Part shown: one piece after another, positions 18,927 to 28,653 of the stretch | Layout of the letters: every line of letters starts with the position of its first letter | Position numbering within the stretch: the stretch's first letter is position 1 | Assembly (NCBI RefSeq): GCF_000017845.1 | Contig: NC_010546.1 | Span: 4,200,001-4,232,000 of the forward strand | Source of the DNA: Crocosphaera subtropica ATCC 51142 | GTDB lineage: Bacteria; Cyanobacteriota; Cyanobacteriia; Cyanobacteriales; Microcystaceae | DNA length: 32,000 nt | Direction: 5' to 3' | Position numbers and translations under genes: made by a program | The notes under the pieces: model-generated | What the model was told of the DNA's origin: nothing | Seen by the model: the letters and a program-made list of their open reading frames with translations, nothing else | The model's database searches: none

Positions 18927-21900
18927 CTACCCTTTTGTCACTTCGCCAAGTTGCTGCTTAACCCAGGTTCGGTCAAAGATCCATTGATAAATACGATTAG
19001 TAACCCTGAGAAAACCCTGTTGCTTGATGACTAACCCTGACAACAGTAATTCCTTTTCTTCTGGACTGTTAGTAAGAACAACTGCTTCTTGATCTATCAC
19101 TTGTCGGTAGAGTTCTAACAGTTGAATAGATTGTTGACTGTTGAGGATTCGATCGCGGATCGTTCTCAAATGTTCTGGTTCATCTTGGGATTCCCAATTT
19201 TTGATGATTTGCTGGCGTACCAAATTTTCCACCCACTGCGTTTCATCATGAGTAGGGATGGGAGATGGATAATTACGGATCAACTTACACAGTTTTTGAG
19301 TCAGAAAAGGTTGACCATTGGTCCAAGCTAAAACTTCTTTGAGCAACGTTTGTGGGTTGGTAACTTTTTCTGCCAAACCTTGCAATAAGGGTTGAGCTTC
19401 ATGTTCTTTAAAACCCTCTAGTTGAATAGACTGACCGATGTTAAAGGGGGTGGTTTGAATATTGGTAATTAAATTGGAGGGGGTGGTTACACCAAATAGG
19501 GCAAAGGTTAAACGCTGATAAGCCTGATCAAAGCTGCGCTGGTTATAGCAAGAACGAATCAGAGCAAAAAAGTCATTAACAGGGAAATTTAACTCTAAAA
19601 CGTTATCAATTTCATCGATAAAAATAATTAGTGGTTTTGGAGGAATACCATTTTCGATACCAACTTCAACCAGCAGAATGTCTTCAATAAATTGACTGAA
19701 TCGCTGAACAGGAGAAATATCCTTTCGTTCTTTCCACCAAGCTTTAAGATTGACCTTTTTAAGCAACCCAAACCGTCGCCCTAATTCCACAGCCAAACCC
19801 TTATACCACTGCTCAGGGGTAACGTCTTCACTACCAATACGGGTCATATCAACCACCGCACAGCAACTTCCCTCCTGTTGTAGATAGTGCATCATACGAA
19901 CCATCAAGCTAGATTTACCCATTTGTCGGGGATTGAGAACGTAGCAAAATTCTCCTTGTTTTAGGGCTTTATAGAGATAACGATCCGCCGCACGCACCAC
20001 ATAAGTCGGCGCATCCATGGGTAAACTTCCCCCCACCTGATAGTCAAAAGTGGAAGATTGTTCAGCATTTTTGAGTAACTCATTTTCAAAGATCAGTTCA
20101 GCTTGGGTTGCTTTGAGAATATCTAAAGTGTGTGTGAGTTCTTGTGTTCGTTCTAAGACTTTGAGTTCTAGGTTTTGACTGTACTGAGCTATTTCCTGTT
20201 GAGCTTGTTCTAAGGCGATATTTTTGCGGGTGAGTTCTTGGGTAAATTTTGTTCGCTCTGCTTCTGCTCGTCTGCGATCGCTAATGTCAGTAAAAGCCGT
20301 GATGCCATAGAGAATTTGACCTTTCTCATCAAACACGGGACTAGCGGACACCTCTAAGGGGACAATCTGATCCGTTTTACGAACTTCGATATTATCAACC
20401 CTTACCTTTTCTCCGTTTAAAGCTCGCACAATAGGCTGTTCCTCAGTGGGATATAATTCATCAGTGCCTGTAAGATAAGCTTGATAGGTTTGGGTTAATT
20501 GTTCTGTGGTTGTTTCAGCGATGATTCCCTTTCCTAGTATCTGTTGAGCGGTTTGATTAGCATAGTAGGGGTTGCCTTGAGCATTAATAACAAACACCCC
20601 CACAGGCATTGCTTCTAAAATCTGCGTTAAGGTTTTTTTACTCTCCCGTAATGACTCGTACAGTTGAGCATTTTGCAAAGAAATGGCAGCCTGAGCCGAT
20701 AGAAGATTGAGAACTTCTAGATGACTGGCAGTAAAAGCGTCTGTGGTCAGATTATTTTCTAGATAAAGAAGACCTATCAACTTACCTTGATTGAGTAAAG
20801 GCACGCAAAGAACAGATTTAGCATGAGTCGCAGCAATATAAGGATCTCGCATAAATTGTCCCTCCTTAGCTGCATTGTTTAACACTAAATATTGTTGAGT
20901 TCGCACAACATAGTTAACCACAGCCACTGACAAGAGAGGAATTTGGCTATCCGTTTCCGATTGATCAAACGGAATATGTAATCGATTGATTTGGTCATCA
21001 TTAAGGGTTGCTTGAGCTTCTATGATAAAATTGCTTTGCTTCTCCAGAATTAAAAATCCTTGTTGCGCTCCAGCATTTTCGATGGCAATTTTCAATAATT
21101 TAGCAATCAGAGCATCGAGATCAATTTCTTCTGAGATTGCCTGAGATGCCTTCATAATGCTTGCGAGATCAAGGGTTTCAGGCAAAAGATTGGCAGTGGT
21201 TATGATGGAGAAATTGGTTTTTGATGCTTCGGAGGAAAACCACTGGGGATACGTTTGCTCCAATTGTTCAACTTTTCGCTTGGCTCCCCAAATTTGATAG
21301 GCTTGATGGGCTTTCCTCATGTAAAGTTCAGCAAAGTCTATCTTGCTCCGTTCTATCCAAAATTTAGCAGCCAGTTCATTCGCTAAGGCTTCATTTTGAA
21401 TAAACTCATTTTCTTGGGCAGAGGCGATCGCTTGATCGTACAAATTCATCGCCTGATGCCATTGCCCAGAAAGACGAGACATTTCTGCTGCCACTAATAA
21501 ATATTTATGCAGAAAGTTTTCAGGGCAGTTATCAGCCCAAATTTTCATTTGTTGTTGATTTGATTCGAGTTGCTGCCAATATCTTTGTTGTTCTTCTACA
21601 GAAACTTGAGGATAACAAGCGATTCGAGTGAGGGAATCATAAAAATTGTGTTTTGCAATGGAAATCGTGCCTGGAATATAGTCAAACCATTGTCCAGCTT
21701 GATCTAAAAGGGTTAAGGGGATGGGTTGGTCGTATAAGTAGAGAACTTGGGCTTTAAAGATGTAATATAGGCAAATGGCCGCAGTGGTTTGTTGTTGTTG
21801 GCACGTCTCTAAAAAGGGGATTTCCGCTATTTCTGCTATTTCAAAACAGGCCTCTGTTCCCTGCAAACCCATTAAATTCTCAATCAAAATCTTGGCACTT

Positions 21901-24900
21901 AAAATACAATTAACTGCCCACTGATTTTGACTTTCTTGGGTAAACAACAGACTGCGTTCAACTTCTTTAAGAAGACTCTCTAAGGGTTTCCCTTGATAAA
22001 TAAGATTATATAAATTGTAAGTCAGGCTATAGCCAACTGGTTGTAGATCCCCGATTTTCAAACCGGCTTCAATGCCCTCAATATTAACTCGTTCAGAGAG
22101 TTTAATATGCTTCAACCAGGGCATAATCATACCCGCGTGAAATTGTCGTGTTGCTACCTGAGAAGTCGAATCGTTATATTTATCCGCTAGTTTGACACTT
22201 AACGCCCCATGTTCGTAAGCCAAGGCATAGTTGTGCAACCGATGGGAATTGATGACCCCAAAACAAGAATAACCCACTGGAGATTTGTCCATATGACCAT
22301 ATTTGAGACTCAAATTGGTCATTTTCGTGCCAACAACGTACATCAGGGCTGGATTGAGAATCCAGGCGGCCGGCAGAATACGAATTAAAATTTTATAAGC
22401 AGCCTTTTTCTCTGGAATCACCATTTGATGATGATCATACAATTCACTAACGTTAATGGGTTCGACGGTTTTTTCGTAGTCTGCTAGTTCCGCCGCAAAA
22501 GCTGCTTCTAGGTTTTCTTTGGGGAGATCAATATTCAAGTCTTGTAAAGCTTGGCGACCTAATTCAACGGCCTCGGCTAATTTTCCTAACAGGGTAGATT
22601 GAATAATTTGTAAATAATAAAATTCTGTGCGATCGAGGATGGATTGCGCTTTTGTCAATGCTGTTTCAATTAAATGCTGAGATTCGCTTAAATTACCATT
22701 GAGATATTCCACCTCTGCCAGTTCTTTATAAAGGATTAAAGACATTTCGTACTTTTTTTGCCAAATGTCTCCTGGAAACTCGGTTTTAGCCATCCTTAAA
22801 TAATAGTTGGCCGCAGCGTAGGCGGTAGATTCTTTGGCTTTTTGACCGGCTTGTAAGTTTAATTGGGCTAAGGTAATTTTTTCAGTTTCATCCTCAATCA
22901 ACTCTCGTCCTTGATTGAGATGATCAACAATAGCAAAGAGTTCTTCTGTGTCTTTTTCATTCATGCTATCCCGTAACAGTCTGCCAATGGAGAGATGAAC
23001 GGCTGTTTTTTGCCGATCATCAATGAGAGCATAGGCTGCTTGTTGAACTCGGTCATGAAGAAACTTATAATTTTCAATGAATAAATCAGCCGTAATGGGA
23101 TCGTCTGGGGTGATTTCCAACGCTGATAGGGGTTGAATTAAGCCTAACTGAATGGCTGACAAAAGAGCGTCAAAGGTTTCAGAATGTGATGTTTGGCTGA
23201 TAATTGAGAGGATTGAGATGGTAAAGCGATCGCCAATACAAGCAGCTAAACGTAGGGTTTGCTGTGTTTTCTGGGGCAGTTTACTTAGTCGTGTAATCAT
23301 CAAATCCACCACATTTTTGGTAATCCCCGAATTGGCAATTTGGGTTAGATCCCATTGCCATCGTTGTTTGTGTGGGTCAAAGGTAAGAAAATTTTCTTGG
23401 TGAATGGTTTTGAGAAATTCGTTAATAAAAAAAGGATTCCCTGACGTTTTTTCTAACACTAATGCGGCCAGAGGCGAAACCGTTGAGCGATCGCAATAAA
23501 GACTGTCTGCTAATAACTGCTCAATTTCCTCAAGATTTAAGGGATCTAAAACGATATCGTTGATGATCATCCCTTGTTCGCGCAAACGATTGATCATGAT
23601 CATCGTAGGATGATGAAGACTCACTTCATTGTCACGATAGGCCCCCAACAAAAGCAGATGGTCTAGGTTGCCTTGAGTCATGATAAACTCAATTAAATTC
23701 AAACTAGCAGTATCAGCCCATTGTAGGTCATCGAGAAAAATAACCAGAGGATGGTCTGCTTGGCAAAAAACACCAATAAACCGTTGGAACACTGCTTTAA
23801 AGCGATTTTGTGCTTCTGTTGCCTCTAAGGATGACACCGCAGGTTGAGAACCGATAATTTTACTCAGTTCAGGAATAAAGTCAATCATCACTTGACCATT
23901 ATTTCCCAAAGCTTCTAGCAGCTTGTTACGCCATAGACTGAGGTTTGTCTCACTTTCTGTTAGTAGTTGATTGATCAGGGATTTGAAGGCTGAAATAACA
24001 GCATCATAAGGAATATTGCGTTTAAATTGATCAAATTTTCCAGCAATAAAGTAGCCCCGTTGTTGGGTGATCGGTTTATAAAGCTCTCGAATGAGAACAG
24101 ATTTGCCAATGCCAGAATAACCGCTAACCAGCAACATTTCCACCTGCTGTTGTTGCGTTTCTGATGCCATCACCCGTTGAAAGGTGGAGTATAATGTGGC
24201 TAATTGTTCCTCTCTACCGTAAAGTTTTTGGGAAATTGTTAATTTAGGGAAAACATCGTAACAGATGAGCGGAAATTCTGCAATTTCTCCCGTTTGCTGT
24301 AGTTGAGTTAGACAGTGTTCTAAATCCGCCTTGATTTGCAATGCTTCTTGGTATCGCTCCTCAGCCATTTTTGCCAGCAATTTCATCACAATATTAGATA
24401 CGGCTTTGGGAATGGTTGAATCCACGTCGTGAGGGGGAATGGGGGGTTTAGCCAAGTGAGCATGAACCAATGCTAAAGCATCTTTGGTGTCAAAGGGTAG
24501 CTGATGGGTGAGAAGCTGATAAAAGGTAATACCAAGGGAATAAAAATCAGTGCGATAATCAAGGGCGCGATTCATTCGCCCCGTTTGTTCTGGAGAAATA
24601 TAGGGTAAGGTTCCTTGAATAACTCTGGGATTTTGAAGGGTTGGGGTTTCACGGGTAAATTGGGTTGAGATGCCAAAATCAATAATTTTCAGTTGTTTTG
24701 TATCTGAGTTATAAATAATATTAGAGGGATTAATATCTTTATGAATGACATTGGCTGTGTGGATGTCATGAAGGGTCTGGGAAATCTCAATAGCGATGGC
24801 CAGAAAGTCCGAAAGCTTGAACCTTTGTAAACCCATTAACCGATCTAAGGACTTGCCCCCAAAATCTTCTAAAACAATGGCAAGAGTATTATTATAGGGC

Positions 24901-25118
24901 AATAAATCATAAGCTTTGATCACCCCGTCACTGTTAAAAGAACGGGTAATTTTATACTCTTGTTTATATCGAGTTAACTCTGAAGGGGTGGGATAATCTT
25001 CTCGAAGAACTTTAAGAACAACGGGTTGTTGACTAAGGTGATGAACAGCCCGATAAACCAGTGAATTCTCACTTTCATAAATCGTGGAAATAATTTGATA
25101 GTCGTTAAAAGCGTTCAT
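18927..25118 (-). CDS. 2063-aa multidomain protein: Ser/Thr kinase-like domain, AAA_16-type P-loop NTPase, long helical/TPR-like region, GAF, PAS, coiled coil, then a C-terminal AAA-like (PF14516-type) P-loop module
   Basis: Kinase motifs are [20 protein letters not shown] and YISPEQ (aa 7-265). AAA_16 has Walker A GYSGIGKS (aa 333-340) and Walker [13 protein letters not shown]. The GAF region ends in [22 protein letters not shown] (aa ~1325-1485). The PAS region has [22 protein letters not shown] (aa ~1493-1612), followed by a coiled coil at aa ~1613-1690. The AAA-like module has [17 protein letters not shown]...NPRQMGKSS...LIIFIDEID (aa ~1692-2055). Confidence 0.9.
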   Translation of the reverse strand: MNAFNDYQIISTIYESENSLVYRAVHHLSQQPVVLKVLREDYPTPSELTRYKQEYKITRSFNSDGVIKAYDLLPYNNTLAIVLEDFGGKSLDRLMGLQRFKLSDFLAIAIEISQTLHDIHTANVIHKDINPSNIIYNSDTKQLKIIDFGISTQFTRETPTLQNPRVIQGTLPYISPEQTGRMNRALDYRTDFYSLGITFYQLLTHQLPFDTKDALALVHAHLAKPPIPPHDVDSTIPKAVSNIVMKLLAKMAEERYQEALQIKADLEHCLTQLQQTGEIAEFPLICYDVFPKLTISQKLYGREEQLATLYSTFQRVMASETQQQQVEMLLVSGYSGIGKSVLIRELYKPITQQRGYFIAGKFDQFKRNIPYDAVISAFKSLINQLLTESETNLSLWRNKLLEALGNNGQVMIDFIPELSKIIGSQPAVSSLEATEAQNRFKAVFQRFIGVFCQADHPLVIFLDDLQWADTASLNLIEFIMTQGNLDHLLLLGAYRDNEVSLHHPTMIMINRLREQGMIINDIVLDPLNLEEIEQLLADSLYCDRSTVSPLAALVLEKTSGNPFFINEFLKTIHQENFLTFDPHKQRWQWDLTQIANSGITKNVVDLMITRLSKLPQKTQQTLRLAACIGDRFTISILSIISQTSHSETFDALLSAIQLGLIQPLSALEITPDDPITADLFIENYKFLHDRVQQAAYALIDDRQKTAVHLSIGRLLRDSMNEKDTEELFAIVDHLNQGRELIEDETEKITLAQLNLQAGQKAKESTAYAAANYYLRMAKTEFPGDIWQKKYEMSLILYKELAEVEYLNGNLSESQHLIETALTKAQSILDRTEFYYLQIIQSTLLGKLAEAVELGRQALQDLNIDLPKENLEAAFAAELADYEKTVEPINVSELYDHHQMVIPEKKAAYKILIRILPAAWILNPALMYVVGTKMTNLSLKYGHMDKSPVGYSCFGVINSHRLHNYALAYEHGALSVKLADKYNDSTSQVATRQFHAGMIMPWLKHIKLSERVNIEGIEAGLKIGDLQPVGYSLTYNLYNLIYQGKPLESLLKEVERSLLFTQESQNQWAVNCILSAKILIENLMGLQGTEACFEIAEIAEIPFLETCQQQQTTAAICLYYIFKAQVLYLYDQPIPLTLLDQAGQWFDYIPGTISIAKHNFYDSLTRIACYPQVSVEEQQRYWQQLESNQQQMKIWADNCPENFLHKYLLVAAEMSRLSGQWHQAMNLYDQAIASAQENEFIQNEALANELAAKFWIERSKIDFAELYMRKAHQAYQIWGAKRKVEQLEQTYPQWFSSEASKTNFSIITTANLLPETLDLASIMKASQAISEEIDLDALIAKLLKIAIENAGAQQGFLILEKQSNFIIEAQATLNDDQINRLHIPFDQSETDSQIPLLSVAVVNYVVRTQQYLVLNNAAKEGQFMRDPYIAATHAKSVLCVPLLNQGKLIGLLYLENNLTTDAFTASHLEVLNLLSAQAAISLQNAQLYESLRESKKTLTQILEAMPVGVFVINAQGNPYYANQTAQQILGKGIIAETTTEQLTQTYQAYLTGTDELYPTEEQPIVRALNGEKVRVDNIEVRKTDQIVPLEVSASPVFDEKGQILYGITAFTDISDRRRAEAERTKFTQELTRKNIALEQAQQEIAQYSQNLELKVLERTQELTHTLDILKATQAELIFENELLKNAEQSSTFDYQVGGSLPMDAPTYVVRAADRYLYKALKQGEFCYVLNPRQMGKSSLMVRMMHYLQQEGSCCAVVDMTRIGSEDVTPEQWYKGLAVELGRRFGLLKKVNLKAWWKERKDISPVQRFSQFIEDILLVEVGIENGIPPKPLIIFIDEIDNVLELNFPVNDFFALIRSCYNQRSFDQAYQRLTFALFGVTTPSNLITNIQTTPFNIGQSIQLEGFKEHEAQPLLQGLAEKVTNPQTLLKEVLAWTNGQPFLTQKLCKLIRNYPSPIPTHDETQWVENLVRQQIIKNWESQDEPEHLRTIRDRILNSQQSIQLLELYRQVIDQEAVVLTNSPEEKELLLSGLVIKQQGFLRVTNRIYQWIFDRTWVKQQLGEVTKG

Positions 25119-25172
25119 TTTATAGGATTAATTAATCTGGATAAATTATAAAATTAAATAATAAGATATGGT

Positions 25173-26255
25173 TTATTCCAAACCATAAAAACGAACAGGA
25201 TTATCCCAGAGGATCTTTTGAACAATTTTCTGAGAAAGTTGATCTTCAAGGGCAACCACTTCTGCCATGATTCTTGGTTTATGATCCATATGAGGGTAGT
25301 CAGAACCAAACATTAAATTATCTGAGCCAATATATTCAATTAGTTTAGCGAGATAAGGCTCAGATGGCTCGCAGGCAATAAAACACTGACGACGAAAATA
25401 GTCAGATGGCTTCATTTTTACTGTGTTTGCCACTTCCCATTGCAGATCCTCATACTCACGATCAAGTCGCCATAACCAGTAGGGTAGCCAACCACAACCG
25501 GACTCAAGTAAGCCAATTTTTAAGTTCGGATGCCGTTCTAAAACCCCCCCTTCGATTAACGCCAACAATGCCATCATTTGTTCCATGGGATGAGAACAAG
25601 CGTGGAGAGCAAAGCGCGTGTTAAAGCGATCGCTACCTGTTGTCGGTAAACGAGAATGGGTCCCTTCATGGATACTGACAGCAATGCTTAATTCTTCACA
25701 TTTAGCCCAAAATGGCTCATAGGCAGGGTCACTCAATAATCGACCTTTAACGGGATTGGGACGTAAAAAAACGGCTTTCCAGCCAAAATCAGCAATTCGC
25801 TGCAACTCTATAACCATTTCTTTGGGGTCATGGAGATTCACAACCCCCACCCCTCGAAGGATTTGGGGATTATAGGCACAAAAGTCGTATAACCAAGAAT
25901 TGTAAGCCCGAACAAAAGCACCCACCAGTTGGGGTGACAGGGTGTCCACTGCACTAATCCAGGAGAAGGTCGTAGGATAGAGGAAACAAAGGTCAACCCC
26001 CATCTGCTGCATGGCCCGCACCTGAGACTCGGCATCAAAGTGATTGAGCCAAGATAAGGGATACGCTTGACTGACTTGTTGATGGCCGGTTTCTCGGAGA
26101 CGTTGAGAATATTTGTGTAGGAGGGATTTCCCTTTGATTGTTAGATCGGGTGATGGTGCAAACCCTTTAAATGAGGGTTCGAGATACTTTTCCCACATAT
26201 CAGGGGGTTCGACCACATGGGAATCTGCATCGATAATACGATATTGATCAAGCAT
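25173..26255 (-). CDS. Metal-dependent amidohydrolase-2 family enzyme (ACMSD/LigW-type hydrolase or decarboxylase fold)
   Basis: N-terminal IIDADSHVVEPPDMW (HxH-like metal ligands in the DxH variant typical of PF04909), internal SIHEG and a C-terminal FGSDYPHMDH. Confidence 0.8.
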   Translation of the reverse strand: MLDQYRIIDADSHVVEPPDMWEKYLEPSFKGFAPSPDLTIKGKSLLHKYSQRLRETGHQQVSQAYPLSWLNHFDAESQVRAMQQMGVDLCFLYPTTFSWISAVDTLSPQLVGAFVRAYNSWLYDFCAYNPQILRGVGVVNLHDPKEMVIELQRIADFGWKAVFLRPNPVKGRLLSDPAYEPFWAKCEELSIAVSIHEGTHSRLPTTGSDRFNTRFALHACSHPMEQMMALLALIEGGVLERHPNLKIGLLESGCGWLPYWLWRLDREYEDLQWEVANTVKMKPSDYFRRQCFIACEPSEPYLAKLIEYIGSDNLMFGSDYPHMDHKPRIMAEVVALEDQLSQKIVQKILWDNPVRFYGLE

Positions 26256-26290
26256 AGGTAATCATTTGATGCCAAATGGACAAGATAAAT

Positions 26291-26323
26291 TTTCTCCCTG
26301 CTCCTTTCTCCCTGCTCCCCTGC
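26291..26323. repeat. 14-bp direct repeat TTTCTCCCTGCTCC x2 plus a partial copy, related to the purine-rich repeat at 18702-18742 in inverted orientation
   Basis: Copies at 26291-26304 and 26305-26318, then cctgc. The reverse complement GGGGAGCAGGGAGAAAGGAGCAGGGAGAAA resembles GGGAAGCAGGGGGAGAAAGAAG at 18721-18742. Confidence 0.7.
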
Positions 26324-26355
26324 AATCTTTTGGAGTCAATATAACTAATAAGACT

Positions 26356-28650
26356 TTACATCCACAACGGAAAGGGATTAAGTTCATTTTCTTTAAGAGA
26401 CTTTTCTAACCAGCCTAATTGTACTGGAATTTCATAAAGTCGTCCTGGCCCTAAACGTTTCCAGAAATGACGCAATCCAGGAACAACAACTTTGACGACT
26501 TTCAAACCAATATCAGGACGAGTCTGATCAAGCACTAACAGTTCCATCCCCTTTTGCTCAAGGATTTGCTGACAGGTTGTAATATCTTCGAGTAAATCCT
26601 CCCTTCCCCATGACAAATAATCAGAATAACGTCTTGATGAAACTGTTTCATTGGGTATGAGATAGGACTGATTTTCAAGAGTCGCTGTTTTCCACCACTG
26701 AATGGCTATGTGAGACATGGAAGAAGGATAACGGGTAGTGCCATCAAGATTAGCCGTTAAAACAGCTTGAAGAATTTTATTCATGCCGTTTAAAGCTCGA
26801 TAAATACCTATTTTGGGGTCGAAATGAGTACCAAAGTCAAAAATAATATCCTCTACCTCTCGATCAGTTCTGCGGGAAATCGCAGCAAAGGTGGGAATCT
26901 TCAAATCACTGGTCAGGTCTAAAACCCAGAACTCTCGATGAAGGGTTTTATAGTAATCTTTGAGGGCTTCAAAATAAGGTTCGTTAAAACTATCTAAATC
27001 AACCTTCGGTTTCTTCAGGCGATTGTACCACCACAATGCAGCACCATCTCGCTCGATTAACTCCATCAAACCTTGTAATATAGCTTCTTCAATGGTATTA
27101 CCGGCTGCACAGCCATTGGAATCTGCCCAACAATCGGGTTGAGAGGGAATAGGATAGCCATAATAGCAGTAAGCAGTGGGCAAATACTTAAACGTCTGAC
27201 TGGTTAAAGACCAAAGGGGTGTCCAGTCGATTTCTCTTTCCTCATCAAAAGGTTCAGGAACCCGTTGATACCAATCTAAAGACCGAGAATAGTTAGTATT
27301 CCATTCTTGGCGAGTTTGATATTGAGTTAAGCTAAAGTTCAAACAGGCATTGGGATGAATGGTTGGATGTTCCATTTGCTGATAACGACCTTTTTGCCTG
27401 ATTTCATCCCCTTGAAAGACACCAGAATATCGCTCAATGGCTTCACAAAAACTACTACATTTGGCTTGTTGGTCGGTTCTAGCGGTTCCCCCACTTCTGC
27501 CAATCATGTATTCTCGTAAAGCATAGAGATCATCAAAGATAGTCGCAAAATGATGTTGAGCGACGTAAGTATGAGTTAAACCCGTTGCCTCTTGATGAAT
27601 CTTGGAGAGTTCTCGAACAACCCCCGTGATGGGACTAATATGGTGTTGATACTGCTTCAGGGTTGCTTCTGGGGAAAATATGCGATCGCCTCCATCCCCA
27701 AAAAAGGTTTTTTTGCGGTGTCCTAAAAGAAGGGGTAAGGGCTTACTATTCAATTGTCCTATCAAGTTTTTACCACAGTCAGGACATTGAGGACGCTTAA
27801 CAACCTGATGATTTTTTGTTTCGAGAGAAAGGGTATCATGAGTGACTAAAACCCCCTCTAACCGCTTATTTTCTCCTGTTACAATCCATTTAAACACTTC
27901 TGTAGCTGCCATTCCTAAGGCGGTTTGCACTGTTGCAGTAAGGGAAGCTAGGGGAGGAGTCAGAGGGGTGGCAAGATTCTGTCTTTGTTGAATAAATGCT
28001 TCTACCGGTCTATTTTCTCGTAAACGCTGAGCCAAGCATTGCCAACAAGCTGTTTTGTGGGGTTGGAAGATTGGCCCAATCCAAACTAGGGTTCCGACGG
28101 GTTTGACTAACATCCACGGTTGGGATGACTCAAGGGTTTGTTGATTATAAATATCAAGACCTTTTTCTAAGTAATCATCGCTCAAGACAATTTCAATATC
28201 TCCCTTCTCAGCAATTTGAATATGTAAGGATTCTAGAGCATTTTTGAATTGAGCAATGGGTAAATTAGAAACAAAGGACTTAACTGCTACTGTGGTGGTT
28301 TGTAATCGCTGATAAGCTTCTGTGGAATCAATGTTCAAATGGTCACAAAAAATGGCCAAGTCAGGTGGCAGAATTTCTTCCTCTTTGACAATGTAACCCT
28401 TCTGTTCTAACTGCATTAAAACATAGTGAACTTGAGCCAGCATTAACATTTCTTCTTGCTCAGAGGTTGATTCTGTAAACAAATCAGAGCGAATTTTTTC
28501 GATAATTTCCTCAACCGTATGATGTTCATCCAGTAAAGGGATTAATTGCTGCAATAAAGGGTTACTTACAAAAGAGGAATTTCTTTCTGTTAACAAAAAG
28601 ATGACTTCTGCTGCTACATTTTCAATGCGAAAACAAGCTTTAAATTTCAT
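26356..28650 (-). CDS. Fused E1-like (docking/leader-binding) and YcaO cyclodehydratase, with PatD/TruD-like architecture
   Basis: The N-terminal part has VLSDDYL...QPWMLVKPVG..WIGPIF.P..TACWQCLAQRL plus RPQCPDCG. This gives a four-Cys site: C202/C205 at nt 28036-28047 and C289/C292 at nt 27775-27786. The YcaO part has SFCEAIERYSG and SNGCAAGNTIEEAILQGLMELIERD. The C-terminus has LVLDQTRPDIGLKVVKVVVPGLR and a terminal NPFPLWM proline-containing tail. Confidence 0.9.
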   Translation of the reverse strand: MKFKACFRIENVAAEVIFLLTERNSSFVSNPLLQQLIPLLDEHHTVEEIIEKIRSDLFTESTSEQEEMLMLAQVHYVLMQLEQKGYIVKEEEILPPDLAIFCDHLNIDSTEAYQRLQTTTVAVKSFVSNLPIAQFKNALESLHIQIAEKGDIEIVLSDDYLEKGLDIYNQQTLESSQPWMLVKPVGTLVWIGPIFQPHKTACWQCLAQRLRENRPVEAFIQQRQNLATPLTPPLASLTATVQTALGMAATEVFKWIVTGENKRLEGVLVTHDTLSLETKNHQVVKRPQCPDCGKNLIGQLNSKPLPLLLGHRKKTFFGDGGDRIFSPEATLKQYQHHISPITGVVRELSKIHQEATGLTHTYVAQHHFATIFDDLYALREYMIGRSGGTARTDQQAKCSSFCEAIERYSGVFQGDEIRQKGRYQQMEHPTIHPNACLNFSLTQYQTRQEWNTNYSRSLDWYQRVPEPFDEEREIDWTPLWSLTSQTFKYLPTAYCYYGYPIPSQPDCWADSNGCAAGNTIEEAILQGLMELIERDGAALWWYNRLKKPKVDLDSFNEPYFEALKDYYKTLHREFWVLDLTSDLKIPTFAAISRRTDREVEDIIFDFGTHFDPKIGIYRALNGMNKILQAVLTANLDGTTRYPSSMSHIAIQWWKTATLENQSYLIPNETVSSRRYSDYLSWGREDLLEDITTCQQILEQKGMELLVLDQTRPDIGLKVVKVVVPGLRHFWKRLGPGRLYEIPVQLGWLEKSLKENELNPFPLWM

Positions 28651-28653
28651 TAA

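Noticed and set aside
19122-23403. Plus-strand ORFs 19122..19331 and 23152..23403 inside the kinase gene
   Set aside because: They are antisense to a continuous 2063-codon ORF with recognisable domains throughout.
25406-26038. ORFs 25406..25624 (+) and 25838..26038 (-) inside the amidohydrolase gene
   Set aside because: They are antisense or out of frame within a gene whose metal-ligand motifs span both ends.
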